A DNA stretch of 47,499 nucleotides from a virus (lineage: Duplodnaviria; Caudoviricetes). The stretch is from IMG/VR virus record IMGVR_UViG_3300026258_000007, positions 1 to 47,499 of that record, one strand, 5' to 3'. The position numbers and the translations under genes were made by a program. The notes under the pieces were generated by a model, which saw only the letters and a program-made list of their open reading frames with translations, was not told the origin of the DNA and did no database searches. Shown here piece by piece: positions 1 to 8,651 of this stretch (position 1 is the first letter of the stretch; every line of letters begins with the position of its first letter).

Positions 1-75
1 TGATGTGTAAAGAAAGAGGAATAAGAATGAAGATAGGAAAGATATACTACAATCAAGGTAGTATTTATTGGAGGA

Positions 76-339
76 ATGAAAATGATAAAACAAGAAAGTA
101 ATGTAGAGTTTAGGGTGATTATTGATGAAGAAATGCCACCCTTAGTAATAACGATGAATGATGATGACAAAGTGAAACTGGTTTTGAACCAAAAGTATTT
201 GATTTGGCTTGCACTAAATAGAAAGACAATTGGTGGATTACCCGAAGCACTTTTTGGTAAGATAGACTTACTTCTAGATGGATATCTGAGAGAACAAAGA
301 AGTGTAGAACTATTCGATAGTGAAGGTGACTTACAATGA
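76..339 (+). CDS. hypothetical protein
   Basis: 87-aa ORF with GGAGG immediately upstream; ATGA overlap with the next gene. Confidence 0.7.
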   Translation: MKMIKQESNVEFRVIIDEEMPPLVITMNDDDKVKLVLNQKYLIWLALNRKTIGGLPEALFGKIDLLLDGYLREQRSVELFDSEGDLQ

Positions 340-575
340 GTGAAGATATAACAGAGAATATTAAGGAACTAACTGAAAAAATTAGAACCGCAGTAGAGTT
401 TCCCTCACAAATGGTAACAGAATGTATGGAACATATTATGAAAATTGATGCTACGATTCAGCAGTTGGCTAAAGAATCAAGGCATTTAACTTTAGTAACA
501 TTATCTAGAATACAAATACTAATGACTGAGATGGGCGATACTGTTGAATCAATGGGAGAAGATTCAGATGAATGA
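336..575 (+). CDS. hypothetical helical/coiled-coil protein
   Basis: 79-aa ORF, AGGTGA RBS upstream, coupled to both neighbours. Confidence 0.7.
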   Translation: MSEDITENIKELTEKIRTAVEFPSQMVTECMEHIMKIDATIQQLAKESRHLTLVTLSRIQILMTEMGDTVESMGEDSDE

Positions 576-1707
576 TATAGATAATGAAAGAAACTTGAAA
601 AGAGGTAATAATTATCCTGCTTTAACATCAAGATTACTGAACTTATCTGTATCAGATGACTACGAGATTGCAAAGAAGGAATGGAGAATAACTGGTAAAG
701 TTTGGAAGAAATCTCCTGTCGGTAGATATAGAGATATTATTCTAAATCATCCTAGTGGACATCCACATCATTGTCTTTGTGGCAAAGATATAGTCTATCA
801 CTTTGAGATAGAGAATACTGAAAACGGAGTTAAAGAAATAGTAGGTTCAACTTGCATTAACAACTGGATGGTTCTAAGGCATATGTCTGAGACCCTTAAC
901 ATTCCAATGTCTGCTATCACGGAAGAAAAGATAGAACAATGGAAGAATATTGCAGTTCAAACTCTAATCAAAGAAGCATGGTGGGATGAAGAAGGTGAAG
1001 AGTTCACAAAGTTGTTTGATGAAATCAAAGACTTAGATTTGAGAATGAATGTAAAGAAGACTGCAAAGAAGTATTATGATAATGTCTTGAAGGAATATCG
1101 CCCTGTAACTTATCTTAGAAAAACAAGTTCAGGTAAGTTTGGTCGTGATGATTACAACATGGCTTCTATTGTTTGGAGATGGAATCACCCTGATAACAAG
1201 AAGGCACAGAGTAAGACTAGAGGTTATCCTAACCAAAAACTACTGAATGATATGGATTTGTTTTCAATATACATTGATGAATATCTAGAGAAAGCAGGTA
1301 TCGAGGACAAGTATGTTGAAGATAGAAAGGCATTCCTAGAAAACTTAAACTTGGAAGTTAAGGATAAAATGAGTAAACTAAGAGAACATGACATCCGAGA
1401 ACGTAAGTTCTTAGAAGCATGTCTTTACTTTGGTTTCCCTGCTTTCGATTCATATGAAGATGGTTCAAACCAATGGGAACGTTCATTTTTACACGATATG
1501 AAGCGTTTATTCATTCGCGGTGGTGAGCCATCTGAAAGACAAGCCGAAAGATTAAAGGAGATTTTACTTACAGGTAAGACTGCTAAGGCGACAGAGAAGC
1601 AAGTAGCGTTTTTGAAGTCATTAGGTTATCAAGAAGGAGATTCACTTACCAAGAAAGAAGCATCAGCGAAAATTGATGAATTGAAAACTAGTAATTGGAG
1701 GAATTAA
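568..1707 (+). CDS. hypothetical protein with N-terminal Zn-binding motif and C-terminal helical module
   Basis: HCLCGKDI...VGSTCI Cys motif; C-terminal ATEKQVAFLKSLGY...LTKKEASAKIDEL. ATG 568 preferred over the TTG at 544. Confidence 0.7.
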   Translation: MNDIDNERNLKRGNNYPALTSRLLNLSVSDDYEIAKKEWRITGKVWKKSPVGRYRDIILNHPSGHPHHCLCGKDIVYHFEIENTENGVKEIVGSTCINNWMVLRHMSETLNIPMSAITEEKIEQWKNIAVQTLIKEAWWDEEGEEFTKLFDEIKDLDLRMNVKKTAKKYYDNVLKEYRPVTYLRKTSSGKFGRDDYNMASIVWRWNHPDNKKAQSKTRGYPNQKLLNDMDLFSIYIDEYLEKAGIEDKYVEDRKAFLENLNLEVKDKMSKLREHDIRERKFLEACLYFGFPAFDSYEDGSNQWERSFLHDMKRLFIRGGEPSERQAERLKEILLTGKTAKATEKQVAFLKSLGYQEGDSLTKKEASAKIDELKTSNWRN

Positions 1708-1708
1708 A

Positions 1709-1987
1709 ATGAGTAAGAAAAAGACAGAAGAAGAAGCAGTTGAAGTAACAGAAGAAGTAGTGGTGGAGCAAACACCCGTAAATACATTGCAAGAAGATTT
1801 CAATCGTCTTCTAGAATATGCTAAGAGTTTAGAAGGGATTATTCAGGCATTGAGACAGAAGATTGAAGTTTACGAGTCAATGCAGATACAACTCCTCGGT
1901 GATAAGAAAGAACTGAAAAGTTACATATTGTCGTTAGAGAACACGCTCAAGGAGCGAGACAATCAACAGAGTCTTGAACATAGTTGA
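1709..1987 (+). CDS. coiled-coil hypothetical protein
   Basis: GGAGG RBS; heptad-like Leu pattern. Confidence 0.7.
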   Translation: MSKKKTEEEAVEVTEEVVVEQTPVNTLQEDFNRLLEYAKSLEGIIQALRQKIEVYESMQIQLLGDKKELKSYILSLENTLKERDNQQSLEHS

Positions 1988-2013
1988 ACTGAAAAAAAAA
2001 GGAAGTAATAAAA

Positions 2014-2214
2014 ATGAAATTGCGAATAATGAATGAAACAGGCCACACTGAACTAGAAGTATCTAGTGCAGAGATGATTGAACAGATAGCAGAACACCCA
2101 ACTCATTGGGTCTATGTTAACGGTGACATGGTAAGCAGAGAAAACATAACCAACATAGATTGGTCAACTGTTGACAATGTTAACCTAGTACCTGCAATCG
2201 TCGGCGGTTGTTAA
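2014..2214 (+). CDS. ubiquitin-like beta-grasp protein (ThiS/MoaD/SAMP-like) ending GG-C
   Basis: 66 aa; VYVNGDMVSRE and D-x-V-x-LVPAIVGG match the ThiS/MoaD pattern; di-Gly followed by one Cys and a stop codon. Confidence 0.8.
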   Translation: MKLRIMNETGHTELEVSSAEMIEQIAEHPTHWVYVNGDMVSRENITNIDWSTVDNVNLVPAIVGGC

Positions 2215-2246
2215 GTCTAAAATAAATAGTCGGATTAACAAGAAAC

Positions 2247-2347
2247 CCCACTAGTTTTCTCTAGTGGGAGGTAACTACTATATGTTGTACTACACACCAT
2301 AGTAGTCCTAGCATCGGGGCAGATGCCAAGAAGGTGAGAAGCCTTCT
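2247..2347 (+). other. intergenic cluster of four tandem stem-loops (putative structured RNA)
   Basis: CCCACTAG/CTAGTGGG (2247-2268), ACTACTAT/ATAGTAGT (2274-2306), GCATC/GATGC (2311-2326), AGAAGG/CCTTCT (2329-2347). Confidence 0.55.
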
Positions 2348-2373
2348 AAAATCACTTATAAGGAGAGATAAAA

Positions 2374-4275
2374 TTGAAATTAGGAAATGATGTATTAGCA
2401 GAAGTCGTAGCGAATATGAAGTATGCTAAATGGTTAGAAGCAGAACAACGAAAAGAAACATGGGATGAGGTTTGTGATAGAAATCGAAACATGCATCTCA
2501 AACATATGAGGCAAACATTAGAGTTAGATTCAGAAACCTATTCTACTATTGCAACTAGGTTATATGATGTATATGATAACTTTGTTAAAACTCAAAAGAT
2601 ACTACCGTCAATGCGTTCAATGCAGTTTGGTGGTAAACCAATAGAAGTATCACCAAATAGAATATACAATTGTGCATACTTACCAATAGATAGCACTCTA
2701 TCTTTTAGTGAGTCAATGTTCTTATTGTTAGGTGGAACAGGTGTTGGTTTCTCAGTACAGAAACATCACATTGACAAGTTACCTGTTATTAGAAAACCTA
2801 CTACTGAAAGAACTTATAGATATAAAGTAGCAGACACAATTGAAGGTTGGGCTGAAGCGATTAGAGTTCTTTTTGATAGTTATACTGGTAAGAGAACTAC
2901 AATGCCTAGATTCGACTATTCAGACATAAGACCTTTAGGTGCTAGACTCAAAACAACAGGTGGAAATGCACCCGGCCCTGAACCATTAAAGAAGTGTATT
3001 GTTATCATTCAAGGAATGCTTAACGAGATGGAAGAAGGTCATAAGATTAAACCAATTGAAGCACATGATATGATGTGTTATATTGCTGATACTGTATTAG
3101 CAGGTGGCATTCGTCGTTCTGCTTTAATCAGTTTATTTAGTGCTGATGATAGAGAGATGATTAATGCTAAAGCAGGTAACTTCGCAGCAGAAGGTAATGC
3201 TCAAAGATATAGAGCAAACAATTCAGCAGTTGTATTAAGACATAGAGTTACTGAAGACTTCTTCAAAGAACTAATGTCTAATGTTGCTAATAGTCATTCA
3301 GGAGAACCCGCAGTTTATCTGACTAATGACAAAGATTGGGGTACAAATCCTTGTGTAGAGATTGGATTACGCCCCTATCAATTCTGCAACTTGTGTGAAG
3401 TAAATGTATCTAATATTGAAAGTAAGGAAGACTTACTACAACGAGTAGAAGCAGCAACATTCTTGGGTACAATGCAAGCAACTTATACTGACTTCCACTA
3501 TCTTAGAGAAGTTTGGAGAAGAAACACTGAGAAAGATGCTCTTATTGGAATAGGGATGACAGGTATTGCTAGTAATAAAGTAGATAATTCTTGGTATGCT
3601 GATGCTGCAAACTTAGTTAAGACAACTAATGCTACTTACGCTAAGATGCTTGGTATTAACAAAGCAGCAAGAACAACTTGTGTCAAACCCGCAGGAACTA
3701 CTAGTTGTGTTTTAGGTACTTCTAGTGGTATTCATGCATGGTATGGTAAGTACTACATTAGGTCAGTTCGTGTAGGTAAGAATGAAGCAATCTATCCTTA
3801 CTTACTAGATAAACTTCCTGATTTAATTGAAGATGAAATAGGTAAGGAAGATGAGAGTGCAGTGCTATCTATACCACAAACTATCCCATACGATTATGTG
3901 ACAACAAGAGCAGATGAAACTGCTTTGGATATGTTAGAACGTGTGAAGTTTGTTTCTGAGAATTGGGTTAAAACTGGTTATCGTAAAGGTAACAATGGAC
4001 ACAATGTTTCAGCAACAGTTTATGTTAAACCAACAGAATGGGAACAAGTGATTGAGTGGTTGTGGGATAATAGACATTCATACAATGGTATGTCTTTCTT
4101 ACCTTATGATGGTGGCGAGTATGACCAAGCCCCATTTCAGGAGATAGATGAAGAAAGATATAATGAAATGGTCAAACAACTACATCCAATAGATTTGACC
4201 GAAGTAATAGAATTGGAGGATACCACCAACCTTCAAGGCGAAATCGCTTGTGCAGGTGGAGCGTGTGAGATATAG
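2374..4275 (+). CDS. nrdJ: class II (adenosylcobalamin-dependent) ribonucleotide reductase, monomeric RTPR type
   Basis: YNCAY, TNPCVEI (thiyl-radical Cys), FCNL, TCVKPAGT, C-terminal CAGGACEI redox pair; TTG start after AGGAG. Confidence 0.95.
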   Translation: MKLGNDVLAEVVANMKYAKWLEAEQRKETWDEVCDRNRNMHLKHMRQTLELDSETYSTIATRLYDVYDNFVKTQKILPSMRSMQFGGKPIEVSPNRIYNCAYLPIDSTLSFSESMFLLLGGTGVGFSVQKHHIDKLPVIRKPTTERTYRYKVADTIEGWAEAIRVLFDSYTGKRTTMPRFDYSDIRPLGARLKTTGGNAPGPEPLKKCIVIIQGMLNEMEEGHKIKPIEAHDMMCYIADTVLAGGIRRSALISLFSADDREMINAKAGNFAAEGNAQRYRANNSAVVLRHRVTEDFFKELMSNVANSHSGEPAVYLTNDKDWGTNPCVEIGLRPYQFCNLCEVNVSNIESKEDLLQRVEAATFLGTMQATYTDFHYLREVWRRNTEKDALIGIGMTGIASNKVDNSWYADAANLVKTTNATYAKMLGINKAARTTCVKPAGTTSCVLGTSSGIHAWYGKYYIRSVRVGKNEAIYPYLLDKLPDLIEDEIGKEDESAVLSIPQTIPYDYVTTRADETALDMLERVKFVSENWVKTGYRKGNNGHNVSATVYVKPTEWEQVIEWLWDNRHSYNGMSFLPYDGGEYDQAPFQEIDEERYNEMVKQLHPIDLTEVIELEDTTNLQGEIACAGGACEI

Positions 4276-4605
4276 ATGCTAATTAAAGAGAAGGATTTCC
4301 GCACTTTTGAGTGGGTCATAAAAGAAAGTATAGTATATCCTAGAAGGAGATACTTTGACCAAACTTGGATGATGTATAAGCAGGGAAAGACTTCGTATAG
4401 AGCATTATATCACAACATGCGTTATCTTGTTAAAGGGGGGTTTAGTTCTTTCGAAACTATGGAAGAACTAGCCTCCCAAATAGAAAGAGATGCATGGTAT
4501 CTTCATAATTATGGAGATGCTAAATATTGGGAAAATAATAAAAGGAATGATAAAAATGGTAAAAGTAAAAATAACAATCCCCTCAGTAGGGGACAATCAG
4601 AATAG
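4276..4605 (+). CDS. hypothetical protein
   Basis: 109-aa ORF abutting the nrdJ stop codon. Confidence 0.6.
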   Translation: MLIKEKDFRTFEWVIKESIVYPRRRYFDQTWMMYKQGKTSYRALYHNMRYLVKGGFSSFETMEELASQIERDAWYLHNYGDAKYWENNKRNDKNGKSKNNNPLSRGQSE

Positions 4606-5857
4606 TTTCATAACAAGTAGTTTTTTGTTTAGGTCTTCAAAGAAGGGTTTGTTTCCAAGAATATGGAGCATTAATCCTAGAACTAAACAATACTATACTA
4701 ATAAGCAAACAATGAATACTTTTGGTGAATTACAGTTTCAGGTGTCTAGACCAACTCTCTCTAATCTTAGAGGAGAACAAGACCCTGTTCTAACAAACAC
4801 CGCTTCATTGCTTACTAATATTCTATTGACTAAGGTTCAGAACACTAACTTTCTAAACACTATCACCTTTAGATATAAAGATGGTGAAAGTATCGTAGTG
4901 TATGGTCGTAAAGGAACTGGACACCATATTGATGGTGTTAAAATCAGTAAGAAAGATTTGGTAACTACTTTAGGGAAAATAATAATCAGAGCATCTTTTG
5001 TTCGTAGTGTTGACACTATGGATGACTATATTGACAGGGTTATTCATTTTCCTCCTAATGTTCTTCATGCTATTGAAAACAGGAGTAACTATTCGTTCTA
5101 CAACGAGGGTAGGAAACAGGAAGTTCTAATCAATACTAGAGTTATTAGTGAGAATGAATGTGCTTTAGAGATTTCAGAAGGTGTTTGGGGTGCAATTACT
5201 TTGAGGGACTTGAACGTATTCATTAACACGTTTAGATTCAATCAGGCTAAGTCTAAAACTTGGTATAGAGCAACACCTGCTAAGTTATGGGAACTACTAA
5301 TGGGAAACCCACCAACTTCATCTGAGGAGAAGTTGTGTATTGCATGGTTAATGCAAAACAGAAAGCAGAACATGGTTGAAGATAGAGCAACTAAGTTATT
5401 GTTCGATATGGATAATGAGTATCCAAATATCAGTTTAGTTCAATTCAGGAATCCATTGAACAAGGCTCTATTCGTTAGAGGTAAAGTTGCTGATTGGGTT
5501 GTTGTTGATGAAAGAAAGGGTATGAAACTTGGACATCAGAATGTAAATACATATATGATTGGTCGTAAAGGAGGTGGTAAATCTTGGAAGGGTCATTCAC
5601 TTACTGGCCCAATTTGTATTGATAATATACATAAGAACTCAAGCATTGGCGACCAACTAACTGCTAGAGCATTAGCCTTAATGAATGATGTTAACTCTTC
5701 AAATAGTATCTATACTATTAGAGATTATGTCAAAGAAAGACTAGCATTAGACCCTAATGAGATTGAAACCGAATGCCGTTTAGATACAACACAGTTGAAC
5801 TCTTGGACTCAAGAGAAAGAGGATAAATATAAGCAATGGAAAAAGGTGAATGCATGA
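4556..5857 (+). CDS. hypothetical protein with candidate E2 (UBC-like) C-terminal domain
   Basis: ORF of ~433 aa (start 4547 or 4556). HSLTGPICIDNI...QLTARALALMND resembles the E2 catalytic G-x-I-C-L-D-I-L motif plus following helix. The ORF is solid; the function is speculative. Confidence 0.6.
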   Translation: MVKVKITIPSVGDNQNSFITSSFLFRSSKKGLFPRIWSINPRTKQYYTNKQTMNTFGELQFQVSRPTLSNLRGEQDPVLTNTASLLTNILLTKVQNTNFLNTITFRYKDGESIVVYGRKGTGHHIDGVKISKKDLVTTLGKIIIRASFVRSVDTMDDYIDRVIHFPPNVLHAIENRSNYSFYNEGRKQEVLINTRVISENECALEISEGVWGAITLRDLNVFINTFRFNQAKSKTWYRATPAKLWELLMGNPPTSSEEKLCIAWLMQNRKQNMVEDRATKLLFDMDNEYPNISLVQFRNPLNKALFVRGKVADWVVVDERKGMKLGHQNVNTYMIGRKGGGKSWKGHSLTGPICIDNIHKNSSIGDQLTARALALMNDVNSSNSIYTIRDYVKERLALDPNEIETECRLDTTQLNSWTQEKEDKYKQWKKVNA

Positions 5858-6732
5858 AGTGTGTAGAGTGTGAATCAACCGATTCTACGTTTGATGATAG
5901 ATTAGGTTATCACATATGTTCTGATTGTGGTCTTGTACTTAATGTCGAAATATTCGAAGAAACATCTAGTGCAACAGAATCAGATTCTAAATACGGAATA
6001 GGTAGTACAATACGATTTGGTGATGGAAGTAAAACGTCTTCAAAATATAACCTAAGACTTAACCACATTAAGACTGAGACAAAGAGTAAGTTTTGGACAG
6101 AAGGTGATATAGCAACACATAATACTTGTATGATGTTTTTATCTCCATATAAACCATACAAACTTTCTCTCAGAAGAGAAGTAGAACACTACTATCAGGA
6201 ACTTCAACGTAATAGAGTACTGGTAGGTTTACCAACAGAAGTTAGGGCAGCAGGTTTAGCATACTTCATCTTAAAGGATGAAAGTATTTTTATCTCGCTC
6301 AAGTCTTTGCAGAAAACATCAGGAGTTCATAGAAGTAAGATAATGAGGGCTTCTAAAAAAATAGCCAAGTTCTATCGTAAGTCCCATATCTTTGGTGTTA
6401 GAGATGTACATGATGTAGTAACAGTATGTTTGGATAAGTCAGGAGCAGATATTAAAGATAGAAACCCTATCTTTGCTTTCGTTGATTATGTTTCTAATTA
6501 CTATGAAACAGTCAATGTCAGGGTTGGTAATGGTGAAATTGCAGGAGCAGTTTACATTGCATGTAAGATGTTAGATTACCCTGTACTACAAAGAGAACTA
6601 GCGTCAACAGTTAACATCAGTGAAGTAACACTGAGAATACACATAAGAAAGATATGTGAATTAATACAGATAGAAAGAACTATCTTGAATAAATATAATG
6701 TAAATGAAATAATAGGAGGAATAAGAATATGA
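5854..6732 (+). CDS. tfb: transcription initiation factor IIB (TFB)-like protein
   Basis: N-terminal Zn ribbon CVEC...CSDCGLV; two cyclin-like repeats (AAGLAYF, AGAVYIACK); C-terminal HTH QRELASTVNISEVTLR; ATGA overlap gives start 5854. Confidence 0.88.
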   Translation: MKCVECESTDSTFDDRLGYHICSDCGLVLNVEIFEETSSATESDSKYGIGSTIRFGDGSKTSSKYNLRLNHIKTETKSKFWTEGDIATHNTCMMFLSPYKPYKLSLRREVEHYYQELQRNRVLVGLPTEVRAAGLAYFILKDESIFISLKSLQKTSGVHRSKIMRASKKIAKFYRKSHIFGVRDVHDVVTVCLDKSGADIKDRNPIFAFVDYVSNYYETVNVRVGNGEIAGAVYIACKMLDYPVLQRELASTVNISEVTLRIHIRKICELIQIERTILNKYNVNEIIGGIRI

Positions 6733-7319
6733 GAAAAGTAATGATAATAGGAGCAGGTGGAATTGGGAGTTATTTAGTTGACTTCTTATCTAGGATTGGT
6801 ATCTATGATATAACGGTGTTTGATGATGATAAGTTAGAAGAGAAGAATCTGACATATCAAAACTTTATGCCTGATATGGTAGACCATACTAAGGTTAATG
6901 CTCTCAATAATAGATTGAAGGTTAACGGGTTGAAGCCTATAAACCCTCAACCGTATCAAGTATTAGTAGAGAAGCAATTGAAAGGTTATGACCTAGTAGT
7001 TTGTTGTGCTGATAACTTAGCAGTAAGACGTTTACTATATCGTCAAGGCTATGGTGATGATGCAAAGATAGACTGGTTAGACCTTAGAGCGCAAGGGCGT
7101 AATGCTGCATTGATTTCCTACAAGGTTAACGAGAATCTTGTTGATGATTTGTTAGCAGGTGCAGAAGGTTCTTTCTCTTGTCAAGGAGGAGAATGGGATG
7201 GTAGCCCTGAAGATGTTAACTGTATGCAAATCGCAATTGCAGGTATTGCAGTACAGTGGATTCAAAGATGGTGGCAATCCCCTGATTACGTTGCAGATAA
7301 GATGGTGATAAACGTATGA
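6729..7319 (+). CDS. ThiF/MoeB/E1-family adenylating enzyme
   Basis: VMIIGAGGIGS nucleotide loop, FDDDKLEEKNLTYQ, K-VNAL, DLVVCCADN, candidate catalytic Cys in SFSCQ. Confidence 0.92.
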   Translation: MRKVMIIGAGGIGSYLVDFLSRIGIYDITVFDDDKLEEKNLTYQNFMPDMVDHTKVNALNNRLKVNGLKPINPQPYQVLVEKQLKGYDLVVCCADNLAVRRLLYRQGYGDDAKIDWLDLRAQGRNAALISYKVNENLVDDLLAGAEGSFSCQGGEWDGSPEDVNCMQIAIAGIAVQWIQRWWQSPDYVADKMVINV

Positions 7320-7609
7320 AATGTAGTTTATGTAATAGGGAAATTGAGCAAAGGAAAGACCACACTGGAAGAGTGTATTGGAGCGAAGGAAACAACGCCG
7401 CACCATACGAAGGTAGATGTTGTGATGTTTGCGACTGTCTCGTTGTTATCCCTACAAGATTGGGATTCGATACAGAACAAGCAGTTGGTTTCGGTAGATT
7501 TTTACTTAGAGAACGTCAAATTAAGTTTAAGTTAATTGAAGAAAATGAAGTAGTTACTCCTGAAATGGTTATGGAGGCTTTACAATCAGGATTAGGTGAA
7601 GAGGAATGA
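7316..7609 (+). CDS. Zn-finger protein
   Basis: CSLC...GNNAAP...CCDVCDC. Confidence 0.7.
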   Translation: MKCSLCNREIEQRKDHTGRVYWSEGNNAAPYEGRCCDVCDCLVVIPTRLGFDTEQAVGFGRFLLRERQIKFKLIEENEVVTPEMVMEALQSGLGEEE

Positions 7610-7836
7610 GAGCAAGTTCAAAAGTACATGTTGAATATGAAGTCTTGAAATATCTAATGGATAAGATTGACTTAACTGAATTAGAAGAGAAGATGTGTCC
7701 ATCAGGCGATAAGACGGCTGAAAAGAGATTTTTAGATGGTGCTGATTCTGTTTCTTCTCTTGTTAACAATATGATTGTTAGGAGATTACACAGGTTGCCG
7801 AAGAAACATCCTGCATATAAGGAGAAATCAGAATGA
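7606..7836 (+). CDS. hypothetical protein
   Basis: 76 aa; ATGA overlaps on both sides. Confidence 0.7.
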   Translation: MRASSKVHVEYEVLKYLMDKIDLTELEEKMCPSGDKTAEKRFLDGADSVSSLVNNMIVRRLHRLPKKHPAYKEKSE

Positions 7837-7985
7837 GTAAGTTAGCACAGTTAGTAGGAGAGATAGAAGCAACACTTACACAAGAGAAGAAGACATACGA
7901 TGATGGTATGGAAACTGATGATGTCGTAAAGGGTTGGATTGAAGCACTTGAGTATGTGCTAAGACAGATAGAGGGATTGTATTGA
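7833..7985 (+). CDS. small hypothetical protein (not in ORF track)
   Basis: 50-aa ORF MSKLAQLVGE...YVLRQIEGLY read manually; fills the gap with 4-nt overlaps at both ends; AAGGAG RBS. Confidence 0.65.
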   Translation: MSKLAQLVGEIEATLTQEKKTYDDGMETDDVVKGWIEALEYVLRQIEGLY

Positions 7986-8260
7986 AATATATCTGCTTTA
8001 CAATATTAGATAAAACTCTTTGTGGTAAAGAGAATGAATCTGTTCCTGAACATTTAGCAGACAGTAGAAGATTCTGCAATGATTGTGTTCAAGTTATGTG
8101 GAGAGAACAATATAGAAGAAGTGTATCTCTCCCTTTGCAAAAAGGAATTGACATTAAGAAAGTAGAAAAAGAAATGAAAGAAGTAGAGGTAACAGTTGAA
8201 GAACCTCGATTAGTCACACCAAGACGAATCAAAAGTCTTCGACATTATTTGAAGGTGTAA
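7982..8260 (+). CDS. hypothetical Cys-containing protein
   Basis: TTG start; C..LCG...FCNDC pattern. Confidence 0.55.
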   Translation: MKYICFTILDKTLCGKENESVPEHLADSRRFCNDCVQVMWREQYRRSVSLPLQKGIDIKKVEKEMKEVEVTVEEPRLVTPRRIKSLRHYLKV

Positions 8261-8262
8261 AA

Positions 8263-8502
8263 ATGAGTGACGAAGAGAATATAGAAGATATAGATGAAGA
8301 GATGATTGATGAAGTTATGAATGTAATTTCAACAGATGGTTATTATCAACAAGCAGAGATAGTCAAAGTAACATGTCCTGTTTGTGGTGAAGAGTTCTTA
8401 GGAACAAAAAGACATGCAGGAGCGTTCATTGCAGGTCATCGTGAATATCATGAGTTTATCAACAGTCAAGATATGATTATAGATAATATGGGTGGTATCT
8501 GA
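8263..8502 (+). CDS. acidic protein with C2H2-like Zn finger
   Basis: CPVCGEEF...GHREYH; AGGTG RBS. Confidence 0.7.
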   Translation: MSDEENIEDIDEEMIDEVMNVISTDGYYQQAEIVKVTCPVCGEEFLGTKRHAGAFIAGHREYHEFINSQDMIIDNMGGI

Positions 8503-8649
8503 ATGGGAAAGATGGGAAGAAAGTTTCAAGAAATGAGAGATTCTTATGAACAAGCATTACTTGATGGAACAATAAATGAAAGTCTAACGTTTTCTGATTG
8601 GATTCAATTAGAGAAAGCGTCAGCAAAAATAAAAAAAGAGGAGGAATAA
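8503..8649 (+). CDS. small hypothetical protein (not in ORF track)
   Basis: 48-aa ORF MGKMGRKFQE...KIKKEEE read manually; abuts both neighbours. Confidence 0.6.
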   Translation: MGKMGRKFQEMRDSYEQALLDGTINESLTFSDWIQLEKASAKIKKEEE

Positions 8650-8651
8650 AA

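Noticed and set aside
2348-2363. AAAATCACTTATAAG (and 17854-17868) as BRE-TATA promoters
   Set aside because: Too close to the downstream start codons for normal archaeal TATA-to-start spacing; treated as part of the hairpin motif instead.
2215-2373. tRNA gene or canonical cobalamin riboswitch upstream of nrdJ
   Set aside because: The hairpins are tandem with no enclosing acceptor stem, and no GGGAA/GCCACUG core or B12 box is recognisable. Kept only as an unclassified structure.
8598-8651. TTG start and N-terminal extension of the JAB ORF (similarly starts at 544, 4490, 5836, 14451, 18124, 24302, 24603)
   Set aside because: Downstream starts have better RBSs or stop-start overlaps, and the extensions run through upstream genes.
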